Shown here in pieces: positions 48,757 to 61,875 of a stretch of 64,000 bases of DNA (positions are counted from its first letter, which is position 1; each line of letters begins with the position of its first letter). The stretch is from Podarcis cretensis (lineage: Eukaryota), in contig OX638153.1 of assembly GCA_951804945.1 (NCBI GenBank), forward strand, positions 65,224,001 through 65,288,000, in the 5' to 3' direction. The notes under the pieces were generated by a model. That model made no database searches, had not been told where the DNA came from, and saw only the letters and a program-made list of their open reading frames with translations. Made by a program: the position numbers and the translations under genes.

Positions 48757-50930
48757 CTGTAACACAGAGAGCACTGTTCTGTTAAGCTCCCCATTCCTGG
48801 CATAAATTAAATGGGTTAGGTTCTATTTTTGTCCACTTGTGGCAGTGATCACGACACCACTTCTGGAAGAAAAGAGCAGCAAGAGGTTTACATGTCCAAC
48901 TTCTCCAACTGCAACAAAAGTTTCCCAAGAAATATAGCACTTTTACACTTATTAGATGGTCACTATAACTGATAAAGGGAATAAAGACAAACATATGTTT
49001 GGAATCTGCAGACATAATGTGTCCCGTAAGACATACATACAAGTTAAGGCATATACATACATGAAACCTTTTATGCAGGATGGCTTCCCCACTGCATAGG
49101 AAAGCTTTCTAACTGAGACTTTTAAAGCAACCTAGGCATGCACTGTTTTTAACTGAAGTTATCCAACCAACTTATGTAGGGTGTGGAAGTTTCCAGTATT
49201 GTATTTTTCTGCATTTAGAAATGCATTGTTTCACAATACAAATCAAATTGCTCAACTGGAATGGATATAAAGCTAGCGAAATAAAATATGTAAGTTGTAA
49301 TTATTTTTTAGGCAACAATCCCTTAAAAATATTTATGCACACAGCTTTTCAAGCATGCTAAAACTAACAAAATGCTTTTCAGTGCCTTCATTTTTCCACT
49401 TTAAAATCTAAATAATGTAAGGGAAGTGTATGTAATTGAGTTTCACTTCTTAAAATATTTACAAGCATTCTTATCAAAATAATTTCCAAGTAAAGCTCTG
49501 AATCTCTATGAATGTAATAAACCATTCTAAGTGAACTTTAATTACTTTCTCTCATCAAGTATTTCAGTTCTCAACTATTCTTGGCTTTCAGAAAAACTTT
49601 TCTGATATTCATATAACATGTACAATTAACATGTTATTGAGCTCCTTGGAAGATAAAGGTGGCCTATGAATAAATTTTTATTTTTTCCCCGTGGAAAACT
49701 CACATCATCAGCATCCAAGGAGGCAATCCTCAAGTGTATGTCACATAGATTTTAATATAACTTATTCCCAAATCAATGTCAACAGGACTACTGCATACCT
49801 GCAGTTAAGAATTATTTGGGTTATATTAAATATAGACTAGCGTTCTGTCAGTGCAAGGATTTCCCCTATACCAATGGAATGTTCTCCCCTTTCCTCCCTC
49901 CTGCATCCCCTAGATCTGTTCTAGAAGTTCCCTCAACCCTCAAGAACAGATGTGGGAATGGCGCAGGTGGCAAGAGAGAGTGGGAAGTCCTGTTGCACTG
50001 GTGGTAATCCTTGCGTGCATCTGCAACTATTTCACCGAATACTGCCCTTTGACTGCTTTGAGAATCAAAATCCTACTACCTGGGTTTTGTTTTGTTTTTT
50101 TGCTGCCCTGTCACTGATATGACCTTCTAGCTAAGGCTCCAAACAAATCTGCTTTCAATAGACTAAGCCATCAAAAACACAAGCACAGCTACAGCAAGGT
50201 ATTTGTCTTCAAAAGGCTTACACTTTGTCCAAGCACATCTGTGAGCATCTTTCACAAAGCCACTATCAGTGTCAGCCTTAATCCTGTCACTGCCAACTTC
50301 TGCCATGCAGAACTTCCACTCAGTGGCAACTGTGGAGTCCATTAAGTGCAAAGCTCCCAGCAAGAGCTTCTTATCAGCAACTCCAGTGTTTTGTGTCAGA
50401 CCAAGTTTATTCACAGCTGGTACCTGGTCAGTTAAACTAAGCCACAGCGGCACTAACTCAATGAACAGATTAATTTTTCAGAAACAGCAGAGGCTCTGCA
50501 CGCTTGCTTCAAGAGACACAAACAGCACAGCTATGCATTAACAATACCTTGGTTACCCTGCCACATAGGAAATGCACCATTTTAAAAAATCATTATTTAA
50601 ACAGGTTGCATACACCTGGTGGCATGTTGTCTGGCATCTATACAGTTTTGAACAACATCGTATTTTAATTCTTTCACACTGTGCAATTACCCAACCAGAA
50701 TCATTTTATGGCCTTTCTCCAGCTGGCACTTGACAGCAAAGATAGGCAATTGCCTTCCAGCCACCGTACAGTTTTCAGATTATTTCCTGGCTTTGTCTAC
50801 ATATTGAACAGGACAAGGTTATTCCATCAGGAGTTTCATTGTCATTTCACTGGTAACCTGAATTGTGCTAAGGCTCTGAAGTCTGCCAGTAAGTCCTTTC
50901 CAAGGCAAACTCCTCATCCGTTAACTCTAC

Positions 50931-51044
50931 CTGAATGAGATCAGACTGCTCAGAAAAAGCCTTCCGCTGTGCTTCCAGTGATGCCACGTGCTGCTGGTAG
51001 TGCAAGCGCTGCTTCTCCCAATCTAGAGATTTCTGACGGAACTC
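50931..51044 (-). CDS. CEP63: CEP63 coding exon 5
   Basis: 114 nt; encodes [38 protein letters not shown]. Confidence 0.96.
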
Positions 51045-51210
51045 CTGTAAAGACAATTGGTAATCGCTATCGATCTGGTTGAAAAATACCCACTATCCCA
51101 AATCCAGTATCTTCTATCTTGCCCCTATCCTTATCCAAGTCAAGAACCTCATTAAGTACTGTAAGCCTGCAATGTACATGCATTTAACTTATACACATTC
51201 AGCTTATGTA

Positions 51211-51574
51211 AGGTAAAAGGTAAAGGTACCCCTGCCCGTACGGGCCAGTCTTGACAGACTCTGGGGTTGTGCGCCCATCTCACTCAAGAGGCCGGGGGCC
51301 AGCGCTGTCCGGAGACACTTCCGGGTCACGTGGCCAGCGTGACATCGCTGCTCTGGCGAGCCAGAGCCGCACACGGAAATGCCGTTTACCTTCCCGCTAG
51401 TAAGCGGTCCCTATTTATCTACTTGCACCTGGGGGTGCTTTCGAACTGCTAGGCTGGCAGGCGCTGGGACCGAGCAGCGGGAGCGCACCCCGCTGCGGGG
51501 ATTCGAACCGCCAACCTTTCGATCGGCAAGCCCTAGGCGCTGAGGCTTTTACCCACAGCGCCACCCGCGTCCCC
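51211..51574 (-). mobile_element. Sauria SINE, full length
   Basis: Reverse-complement tRNA head and ACCTTT tail; perfect 12-bp TSD tcagcttatgta at 51199-51210 and 51575-51586; CpG-rich, so probably young. Confidence 0.95.
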
Positions 51575-51687
51575 TCAGCTTATGTACTTGGTAATAAACA
51601 AACAAATAAAAAGGGGGTGGGCACCTGGTGGGGGCGGGGAGACTTTGGCAAATCCCAACTGCCACTGAACCCAATGTGTTTTGAGTG

Positions 51688-51913
51688 CAGTGGTACCTCT
51701 GGTTACGAATGCTTCTGGTTACGAACTCCGCTAATTTGGAAGTAGCAGCTCCTGGTTGTGAACTTTGCCCCAGGATGCAAACTGAAATCGCGCGCCAGAG
51801 GCACACACACAGCGGGACACCCCATTAGCGAAAGTGCGCCTCAGGATAAGAATCGTTTCAGCTTAAGAACGGACCTGCGGAACGAATTAAGTTTGTAACC
51901 AGAGGTACCACTG
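51688..51913. mobile_element. Tc1/mariner (Tigger-like) MITE
   Basis: Perfect 19-bp TIR cagtggtacctctggttac; TA at the right flank. Confidence 0.88.
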
Positions 51914-53654
51914 TATATACAATTTTGGCTTTAGACACGATCTCCAGAATGTAACCCCTGTGTATGTTGGGGTCTTACTGTAATCTAATACAACCATTCA
52001 TAAGAACGATGTTTTATTTTGGTTTCCAGTCCATTATATTTTTATGCCAGTTATTGCTTGTATAGATGTTGGACAAATGCCTTTATAAATCTGAGAGTTC
52101 TTAAGAGTTTTGTTTTTCAAAGTGTCTGCCACAGAGACCATATAGGTTGTAAGCATGGAGTATACTGTGGCAATAATGATAGGTCCAGAAAAAAGATAGA
52201 TACAGCATCTCAAAAACAATACTGAATTTATCGTGACAGCAAGACCCTACAAAATGCTTCCAGCCAACAGTAGGAAGAAGGCATCCCCATGTCTTTGAAT
52301 GATCTGTCATTACACATTCAACTAAGTTTATCAGAACACATCATTATCTCTCAAGGGGTTTCTAAATAATGAGCATTAAAAAAAAAATACTGATTCTATC
52401 ATATCCTGTGTCACAAACAGTCCTCCAAGTTATTACGCTACTGCAAATATATAACGTTTTCCAAATGTTCCAGGTAAAATATATTTTATCTGGAAAAATG
52501 CTACACATCCCCTGAATGATTTATTTGTTCTTGTGTAAGCACTCTGTGGGATGTGGCTGTGTAGCATGAGTACATTAAATACTGCTTTTGACATAATTAG
52601 TAGGGATGGACAAACTTACTCTGCAAGAAATTGCAATTCTCTCATTAAGCAATAAATCCCCTGGTACAAGCTCAGATGAAATCTCAATTTTTCTGTGATT
52701 TCATAAGTATATTTAATTCCTGCACATTCAAAACCACAACAGGAAAAGCACTTTCCTTGTCCATTACCAGAGATTACCTAATTGCCCTCAGGGTTCATCC
52801 TGACACACTCTTTTCATACAGAACACCAGAGATTTCATATGTATAAAGGCAATGGTATACATATGTAACTGTGCCAATTTAATATTTTTTAATTAAAATA
52901 ATTACCGGTAACTCCCTAAGCAGCATTTATGTTTTCAAGGCTGTATCTAGTGAGAGACATAGGAAGCATTCTGACTCTATCACTGCTCAACTCACAGTGG
53001 CCTGGGTTTAGTTCTGGAATGTGGCTATCTGAAAAAAGCACGTGCATACAGAGAAATGGGGAGGCAGACACACAGAGATTGAATGCACAAGCATTATGTA
53101 CCAGTATGTGTCATGAATGCAAATTACAAAGACCCCCTGCAAAGTTTCTTGGACCCCAACAATAGAACTATATTTATTCCTGTACATACTGGAAATATGC
53201 AAAGTTCAGTTCCAAGACAAAGGATAAAATGCAACATAAGATGCCTGTTTCTCTCATATACTCACACAAACACACCTCTGCTAAATATTACAGTAATAAG
53301 CTAGCAAATAAAACAATGTTTCTAAATATTTTTGCAACTTATTACATATTCATTGATCAAAGAACCTGCTGGCTTAAGATCAGTATTAAGACTCTCTCAT
53401 ATTGGCTCAAGATCCACAAAACTGAGAAATCTCAAGCCGCCTTAACAGCAGACATTGCCCCATGCATTGCCATGTGGCCTTTCAGGTCCAAATCAAGAAA
53501 GGGAGGTTAGAGTGCCTGAGACCAGCCAAGATGCTCCACACTGTCCTGGTCTGCATAGCTAATCAGGGGGCACAACATACACTACCCAAAGTGTGACTAA
53601 CTGATTGAGCAATTAGGCCATATTGCTTTTCAAACAATTAAATATACCTTAAAT

Positions 53655-53810
53655 CAATGGTTCGCAATTGGGGGTTCACAGACCCACCCAGGGGGTCCAT
53701 TGAACCATTCACATAACAAAAACTACCATAGAGATATCGAAATTTTCAAAAGTAGGGGGCCCATGACTTGGCTTTTGAAAAACAGGTCTGCAGTTAATTG
53801 GGACCCACTT
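53655..53810. mobile_element. hAT-type MITE
   Basis: 8-bp TSD ccttaaat / acttaaat; degenerate TIR caatggttcgcaa / ttgggacccactt. Confidence 0.6.
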
Positions 53811-54522
53811 ACTTAAATAATTAAGTATCTAATTTAATACCTTAAATATTTAATTTGCAATTAAATATACCTGTGTATAATCAAATGCATTTGGTTATGC
53901 AGTCCAGATGCATTTTTTAAAATTTCTATAGGGGCAAGAGAATAATTGAAAAATTAATCCACATACTTTTGAAGCTCCCTGTACATATACAAAGACACTA
54001 AGCAAATAGCTTGCTTCAAGTCTAAAGCTAGAATCCAAAGAATCATGGAACAAATTCCTTGAGTCCAAGAGTCTTCAGCTTTGTTTTAAATCAGATTTTT
54101 ACTTTAAAATAAATCCAAATTCAGTGTTTAAATTATCATTTTAAAAGTAATATGTTCAAAGGAAACCACTGATTTTTATCAAACCTGTCATGGTTCAGGC
54201 TGGTTTCTTGCTTCTGTATAATGTACAGTTGTGCTCTTTAACCACAGATGGGGAAAGCATACTGAACAAAAATAAAGCACTTATTCTTCCACACATTCTC
54301 AGAAATCTGATGAATATTGTACTCGCCAGTGCTTGTACATCAGATTCCAAAGAGACCATGCAAATGTATATAAAAAACAGCTGAAAACATATTTGCTCAG
54401 AAAGCACTAGAGAAAAGAGACTAAAGGCCAGCCAATTCATATCTACACAGAAGTAAGCCCCACTGAGTTCCATAGCTCTGAATTTATGAAATCAGGACCA
54501 GGACTGCATTTTATCCACTTAC

Positions 54523-54648
54523 CTCTAACTTCTTAGTCAGGATGCTTACTTCAGATTGGTCCTCCTCTTGGCTCCTGGAGGGTAATTTCCTTGCTTCTTT
54601 CAGTTGTTTCTTCAGCAGTTTCTCATAGCTTCTCTTCAGCCTAGCTAG
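54523..54648 (-). CDS. CEP63: CEP63 coding exon 4
   Basis: ttttcatacAG / GTAAGT; 126 nt; encodes LARLKRSYEKLLKKQLKEAR...EDQSEVSILTKKLE. Confidence 0.94.
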
Positions 54649-56629
54649 CTGTATGAAAAGGAAGGCAATTCACAGCACTGTGATTACTGCTGAAGTAGAG
54701 GAACACAGGCTTTCTGAAGCAATATTGCAACTTTGTAGGATACATTTTTATTATGGATTTTCTATTTTTTATTTGAACACTTCATTATTACAACAAATGG
54801 AGGAAGGATAAAAATACAACCCACGAAAGTAAATATTCCCAATAAATCCCTATTCTACCTCCCTCCAAACCAACAACTTGCAAAATAATAAAAGACTGCA
54901 AAGCAGAAAATAAAGGAGGGGAAAAAGAGAGAACAGAAAGTAGACTGAAGTTATGATAGATCAGAAAATATGATGAAGCAAGTGTAAAGAAGCGGGGAGG
55001 GAACTGGCAGGGAACTATGAGCTATCAGTGTTTTAACTGTTATAGCATCCATGGCATGCATACTTATTTAGAAAAACTATACATTTCAAAATAGGAATCT
55101 TGATTTAAGGCAATCTAGAACAACTCTGGAAATGCTGTAAAGAGAACAGACAGTTTGCAGTAAAGATTAAACTACTACTACTACTACTACTATTTTCATT
55201 TCCATACCTATTTATATTTTTTAGAAAAAAATCTCAAAGCAGTTTACAACTGACATTAAAACACCAAATCAAACAATCCAGAATAATACATTACTGAAGA
55301 AAGTCAAATATAATGTATAAACTCAAAGCAACATAAGTAACAGGAAACTAAAATATTGTCTTAAAGATTTCAAAATAAAGCATTACGAAGGAGGTAAACT
55401 ACAGAATGTACATTTAACGCCGCAAGGTTAACAACATTATCTTAAACATTAAAAGAAAACATTATTAAAGGAAGTCAAATACAAGGTGCACATTTAGAAC
55501 AGCATAATTAGCAAAATAATAAATTATTATTATAAGCACAGAGCATATCTGCTGCTGGTGCTGCCAATAATGCCAACAGTGGTTCATGGCAGGCGGCAGG
55601 TGTGGATGCTCAGGTTTGATGAGTTGGATCTGCACTAAGAGTCAGTCAAGTTGGTCTCTTAGTAATGCTGCATGTATTGAGAGGGGCATTTTTAGTTGTG
55701 GACCAAGGGCTTAAAATTACAGTAATTTTATAATTCAAATGTGGATATTCCAGATAGCAGTACCAGTACCCTTAAAAGGGGGCACCACTTAAGAGTAAAA
55801 ACTGTGACACTACACACTCTAGTGCTAGTATACACATAGACTGCCTTCTGCTATACTTACTGAATTGCTAACACTCTTCAGCCTTCCTGACTGCCCCCAT
55901 ACTGCTGCCAGTCCAGCTTCCAACCTTTGCAAATATCTGCCACTGCACCTCAATCTTGCTTGGCAGAATCCTTACTATCCCCATGGGGGAATCTCCTAAA
56001 CAAGCACCATTACTCATGCTGGAATGAAAAGACTTCTAAAAATGTAGACAGATGTCCTCAGATTGCTAAAGCAGCAGCACAAAATTAATTTTATTTATGG
56101 CCTACAGTAGGCCGCACTTGAACCAACTCTCGAGAAAAAGGTTAATGCATTACAAGTCTCATATGGCATTTAACTTCAAGCAGCTGACAAGCAAGAAGAA
56201 AGGAGGACAAAAGCGAAGGCCAAACATGAAAAGCTGTCACAGCACCCAACTCCTTATAGTGAAATAGCTGCAGTACAGCAAGCCCTTTGTTCCTTATTTT
56301 CTTACAGAATATTTTTTTTTAATCAGATTTTGGCTGCAACCATATACACACTTACTTGAAGTAAACTTCACTGAACACAGCAAGGAAACATATAGGACAT
56401 GGCCCCAGGAAGAAAACAGACACAAATTCCCCATGAGAATAATACGCAGAGAAGCTGCTGTAATATAAGCAGTCCACCCCACACATCTGTGACTTGAAGG
56501 AACCATTAGCACAGGGAAAGCAAGATTTGAACTTAATACTCTGAGCTGAGCTGCCCCCAACCCACCCAACCATATTGAAGCTACCAACTGACTTTGCAAA
56601 GGCAGCTCAACAGCCATTAGAATGATATA

Positions 56630-56846
56630 CAGTCACTTCAGGTTGCGTGTTTTTGAGTTGCGCACCGTGCCAAACCCGGAAGTACCCGACGGGTTAGTTC
56701 TGAGTTTCGGCGCTCACACATGCGCTAAATCATGCTTTGCGCATGTGCAGAAATGCCGAATCGCAACCTGCATGTGCGCAGACTCAGCGCTGCAGGTTGC
56801 AAACTGCCTCCCACATGGATCACGTTCACAACCCGAGCAACCACTG
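56630..56846. mobile_element. Tc1/mariner-like MITE
   Basis: TA|cagt... ...accactg|TA; shares the aaacccggaagta core with 4687-4941. Confidence 0.7.
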
Positions 56847-57773
56847 TACTACCACCAGCTAAAAGAAGTGGAGCTTAGGAGGCAAAATGTTTTTATCTAT
56901 TAGCAAGAAAAGATGTCAAAACGAGCCTAGGCTTTGGAGTTAATTAACACAGATTATTAAACTCAGCTCTTAAAGATATTTAATAAGGTAGTTTTTCTTA
57001 AGGGTCAGCTACCCAAAGGGCTAACACAGATTATGAAAAGGAATGGAAGGGTATGAGATTTTATATATATATATAAGTGAAAAGTCTACATGATATAAAT
57101 GAACTGAATATTTGAAAATGCTGGGCTTAACGAGTGTTCTATAGATAGTTGAGCAGAAGTAAAGCTATTTGAGATCTCCCAATGGAGTAAAACAAGGAAC
57201 AAATCAAGGTACACATATGCTGTGGATAGGGAAACAGTGACCCTCCAGATGTTATTCCAATTCCCATCAGCATTGCCAATGGTCAAGGATGATGGGATTT
57301 GGACTCCAGCAACAGCTAGAGAGCTCCAGGTTCCCCAACTCTTGATGTACGCCATCGACATTTTCCCAATAATGAGTGGACATACTCAGCTGTATGTGAA
57401 CTGTTCTCTTATTAATACCACTTGACTTCGTTGAACTAAAAACAATCAAGTACTTACTTTAAATTAAACTTTCTCTAAATTCCTGGAAATAAAAGTACGC
57501 CATAGAGGGAAAGACTGCAAACATTTCGTGAAGCAAAATCTTTTTATGTTTACATCCATGTTAAAACCCACAGTGATTATGTAGAAAATAAACTGCACTT
57601 TTTATGTCCATTGCAGTAACATAACTGCTGAATGTTTGCATCCATTAAATAGGCAAAACAGCAATCACTGCAAATTCCACAAGTTAAAAAGGGGATGTTA
57701 AAAGGTTTTAGGAAGAATTGACATATGAATGATTCAGGTTCTTGTTTTTGCACTTTCATGTGAACTGCATCAT

Positions 57774-57779
<6 letters not shown>

Positions 57780-57824
<45 letters not shown>
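57780..57824. repeat. (TA)n microsatellite
   Basis: Read directly; about 80 nt from a CEP63 donor site. Confidence 0.95.
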
Positions 57825-57828
<4 letters not shown>

Positions 57829-57902
57829 ACAATATTATAGACATGGCAATATCATATAGTAACCTAAAATATAAAATAAAAGCTGGACTTGAGGAAGCTC
57901 AC

Positions 57903-57998
57903 CTCTTCCTGGACTTTTCGTAACTGCTGTTCATATTCCATAGTCATATCACGATTCAGTTGTTCCATCCCTTCTAGTCGCTGACACAGCCTTTCAAT
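57903..57998 (-). CDS. CEP63: CEP63 coding exon 3
   Basis: tctttcAG / GTGAGC; 96 nt; encodes IERLCQRLEGMEQLNRDMTMEYEQQLRKVQEE. Confidence 0.93.
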
Positions 57999-59199
57999 CT
58001 GAAAGACAACAAATGTCATTTGACCAACAGCAGAAACCCTCTCCTTTTATTTTCCAACTTTTATGGGACAATGGAAAAAGTCACTAAAGTGAAGAAACTG
58101 TGAAAATCATCCTGTACAGCACAATTAAGGAAGGGTTCTCTACACGTTATTTTCCTCAAACTTTGCTACAATGATCTCTCAACCACAAATCAGTGGTTGA
58201 GTCTACCCAAGTATAACAAAGAAAACCGAAGACCACTGATTTGGCTGATCAGTGAAATGGGATAGAGCAAGTGTCTCTTTTGCCCCTGGCACGTTCTAAA
58301 TTCCCAAGGTGGAGAGAGGAGCAAGAACACCTGCAAAGCAGGAAAAAAACGACTCCATTTCCCTCCCAAAGCAGCAACAATCTACAAAACTGAGGAGGTA
58401 GCACATCTGCCCACATTAACATTGATTGGAAAATGGAACACAGGTTATACTTTCTCTCTTGAGCCAAGATAGACACAGTGTGAGGTTTGGAAATAGTGTC
58501 AGAACAAGCTTGTGCTGCTCCTAGAAATTGTTTGTGCTCCCAAAGGGAGGCTTTCATTACATTTTAATAAGCCTATAATTAGCCTATTCAGAAGTGAGAT
58601 TAATAGCCTGCCACAATAAGGAACTGGAAAAAGAATGCACACTGTCCGTGCCAGCTATACACAGTAACAATGAAACGACTGCAGAATAAACCCAAGATGC
58701 CATGTGACATTCTAAAAAGGAAAGTAAAATTTAAACCAATATCTGGAATATAATATATTATGTTAAACAAAATAAGAAGGCTTGGATCCTATCCTGGGAG
58801 AAGGACAAGGCAAACCTTCCAACTCTCCTGGAATATTCAGCAGCTTTAGATACATCAAGCGTGGTATCCTTCAGGTTCAGTTGTCCCAAATGGGAATTTG
58901 GGTTACTGTTCTTCAGTAGTTTCATTCAAGAAAGTGATGCAGTAAAATATTGCTCTGCCTCACAATTGTGTTATTACACTGTGCTATACGGGGCTTCATG
59001 TGCATGTAATGTGGCTATAGTTATTCACACTCTGGTAGCTTCTTTTAGACTTGTGTAATGAGTTGTACTTAAGATTGTCATTGAAGGCTGAATAAATGTT
59101 AGTTCATACAAAATTATGTGGAAAAGATATTGACTGAGGCTAATCATTAGTTCTGGAAAAACACTGGCTATCAGTCTGTTTCTGAACACAATATAAAGT

Positions 59200-59560
59200 T
59201 TTTAAAGCCCAAAGCACCTTGGGATCAGAGTGCCTGAAGGATTATCTTCTTCAACATGAATGTGCCTCAACATTAAGCTCAAAGATCTTGCTGTGAGGTC
59301 TCCCTATGCCTGCCCCAGCCCACAAGTGAGATAGGTAGTGGCCATGGATATAGCCTTTCCTGGGCTGATGGCATCCATAATGGCATCATTATGGAATTCT
59401 CTCCCTCAATGAGGCTCTACTGATGCCAAGCTCAACATCACCTTTGGAGCCAGGTGAATACATTTTATTTACTCCAGATTTTTTTAGAATTGGAATATTT
59501 TACTCCTTTTTTATGCTGAAGTTGTAATGCTAGTCTTTCAGGATTTTTGATTCAGCATTC
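59200..59560 (+). mobile_element. L2-type LINE 3' relic
   Basis: Degenerate L2 3' pattern (tttaaagccc...gtgcctgaagga...tggaattctctccct...). Confidence 0.5.
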
Positions 59561-59687
59561 ATAAACAGATAAAAGGATAAAGGAAAGATGAGAGGGGGTA
59601 CAACTTTATGCAGTGCAACACCCTACAGTGAAATTTCAGAAAGGAAAGCATAGACAAGTACACATAGCACCAAAGCTATAAAAGTAC

Positions 59688-59865
59688 CTCTTTACATTTC
59701 TCATCCAATGCATTCCTGAGAGAGGACAGTTCCTGCTCTCGCACATCCAAGCAGGATTCTAGTGCCCGGGTTTGAGTTTCCCATTCAGCTTTCTTATGAG
59801 CCACCATTATGTCTATCTGCTTCATCAGCTCCTGTAGTTCTGCTTCACATGAAGTCTGGAAACTT
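59688..59865 (-). CDS. CEP63: CEP63 coding exon 2
   Basis: 178 nt; [29 protein letters not shown]...; AG/GT boundaries, phase 2-0. Confidence 0.97.
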
Positions 59866-61307
59866 CTATTAAAAATAAATAAATTATCCCCATCCCTTAT
59901 TTGTACGCTGTTTTTCCATGGTAAACCATGCACAGTTGCTTTAATCATGGAGCAAATACCGTAAAGAGATACCAGGTAAGCAAAGCTCTCCTTGCTTCTC
60001 TCACTCCCTCATACACACCATAATAATCAGGCAATGGTAATACTTCCAAAGACATCTCTTCTGGATCCTTTTATTGCTATGCTAAGGGATGGGTTCCTCC
60101 AGCCAAAAGCACTAACAGAGAGCATGTAACGGGGCACTGCAATGTAACTTGAGAATACAATGATTGCCCACAATACACTCACAGGGATAAAAGCTGGGTA
60201 GCCTGCATAACACCAGGGGTTATATTATTTTTTAAAATTGAAAATGACCAGAAGGGCTTCAGCTAATTTGAATTTATCATGCTTAGACGACGTAACCTTA
60301 TGGTCCACCCCAAATCCTAAGCACAACAACAAGGAAGTGTTAAGTGGAGTTTGAAATGCCTCATTTTCCCAAGAATGTCCAAATATTTTTGCAACTTGGC
60401 AGCTTTTCTATAGAGGCACTAACTTTGTAGTTTTAAAACTTCACTTTGTTGTGCCAGGAGACTAGAGAATAAGCCACAGTGGTGCTCAGAATTGGGGATT
60501 TTACCTTAGGGTGTAAGAAGTTGCTTTTTCCTTAATGAGGCCAATAACAGCTTGGCCAAGAAAGGAAGCTCCACAGTGCTGTAGCATTGGACACACGCAC
60601 ACAAATATGCAAGCCCCTCCTAGCCATCCCCCAAACCCCAAAATATCATTTTTTTAAAAAAGGAGCAGCACCAACATTTAGAACTTGGCAACTGTTTTTC
60701 ACACTGTTGATACATTATGAAAGGGCTGAGTATTTTAAATCATGTTTCACTGTAGGTCTGCTTTTTTTGTTTCAAATATGTCTATGTTTACATCTTTCAT
60801 TTTACAGAAGACTGCATCCTAACTACAAGTAGATTTCCCAGTATATGCTAATTAATGTCAAGGTTTATGTTAAAGGTCTGTAAACTACTCTACAGTAAAA
60901 ATATTAAATGCATTTGTTATGTAATGCAAATCATGGAGATCTGCACATCCATTTGCACAATTTCATCTGTTTTTAAGAATTGGGCTATCAAAGACTTGGG
61001 TTATTTTAGTGACAACTGAGGTGGCTGTGGGTAAATGGGAATGATAATTAAGCAAGGTAAAAATAGGACCGATGCTTTGTGAGGGATTGCTGGACAACAG
61101 CCTGATCTCCTGAAAACATGGGTTACATTTTTGCAGTTTCTGACCCTTCCAAAGACATAACTGACACATAAGGAAAATATGCTTGTTCAATAATAATAAG
61201 CCAAGATTCTTAGGGTGTCAAGTTCTGTGTAAGAAAGCTGAAGAAACTCAGATACACTGTCCCTTTAATGAAAACAACAAGATCAAAGAGGAAAATATGT
61301 TCTAGAG

Positions 61308-61554
61308 CAGGGATGTCCAACTCCCAGGAGATGCAATCTACTCCCAGGGGGAAAAACTGGCAGTGATCTACCAGTGGAGGCGGGGGGGGGGGAGCCAGAC
61401 CAAAGTTGTTACTAAACGTGACACAGTGATAGACCAAGGGGGGAGGGAGGCAGAGACATGATTCTAAACAACGCGAGTGGTAAGGATCCTGTGATCAACC
61501 ACGATCACCCAGGGGTAGACCTGTTGATCGCGGTTGACTGGTTGGGCCCCCTTG
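61308..61554. mobile_element. hAT (Charlie-like) MITE
   Basis: TIRs cagggatgtccaac / gttgggcccccttg; perfect 8-bp TSD ttctagag at 61300-61307 and 61555-61562. Confidence 0.85.
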
Positions 61555-61843
61555 TTCTAGAGGATTTCAGGAAGAGCAGCTTCATAAGCACATTCTGGAA
61601 GCTGTAGCTGCTATTTTTCTGTCAAAATGGTAATACCCACCAGAGAAGAGCACAATTCTTTCACATAATGCTAGCAAAACAGGAGCTGTGAGCGCAATTA
61701 TTGTGGAAGTAACTATCATATCTGGGACTGAGAAGAAACTGACATGTGAAGCACATGTGCAAACCCATCTTCCAGGTTCAGTGTAATCTATGTATTTGTG
61801 TAACGTATGCATCTGAATAAAGCCATTAATAACTAGTACATAC

Positions 61844-61875
61844 CTGCCCTGTATTCTTTCTAGCAATGCCTCCAT
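61844..61875 (-). CDS. CEP63: CEP63 first coding exon (coding part; exon probably starts at 61900)
   Basis: MEALLERIQG resembles human MEALLEGIQN. Donor AG|GTATGT; acceptor ttacttttttAG 25 nt upstream of the ATG. Confidence 0.92.

Noticed and set aside
49790-49812. Minus-strand ttcttaactgcAG|GTatgc as a recursive splice site
   Set aside because: The intron is only about 2 kb and such motifs arise by chance; no supporting evidence.
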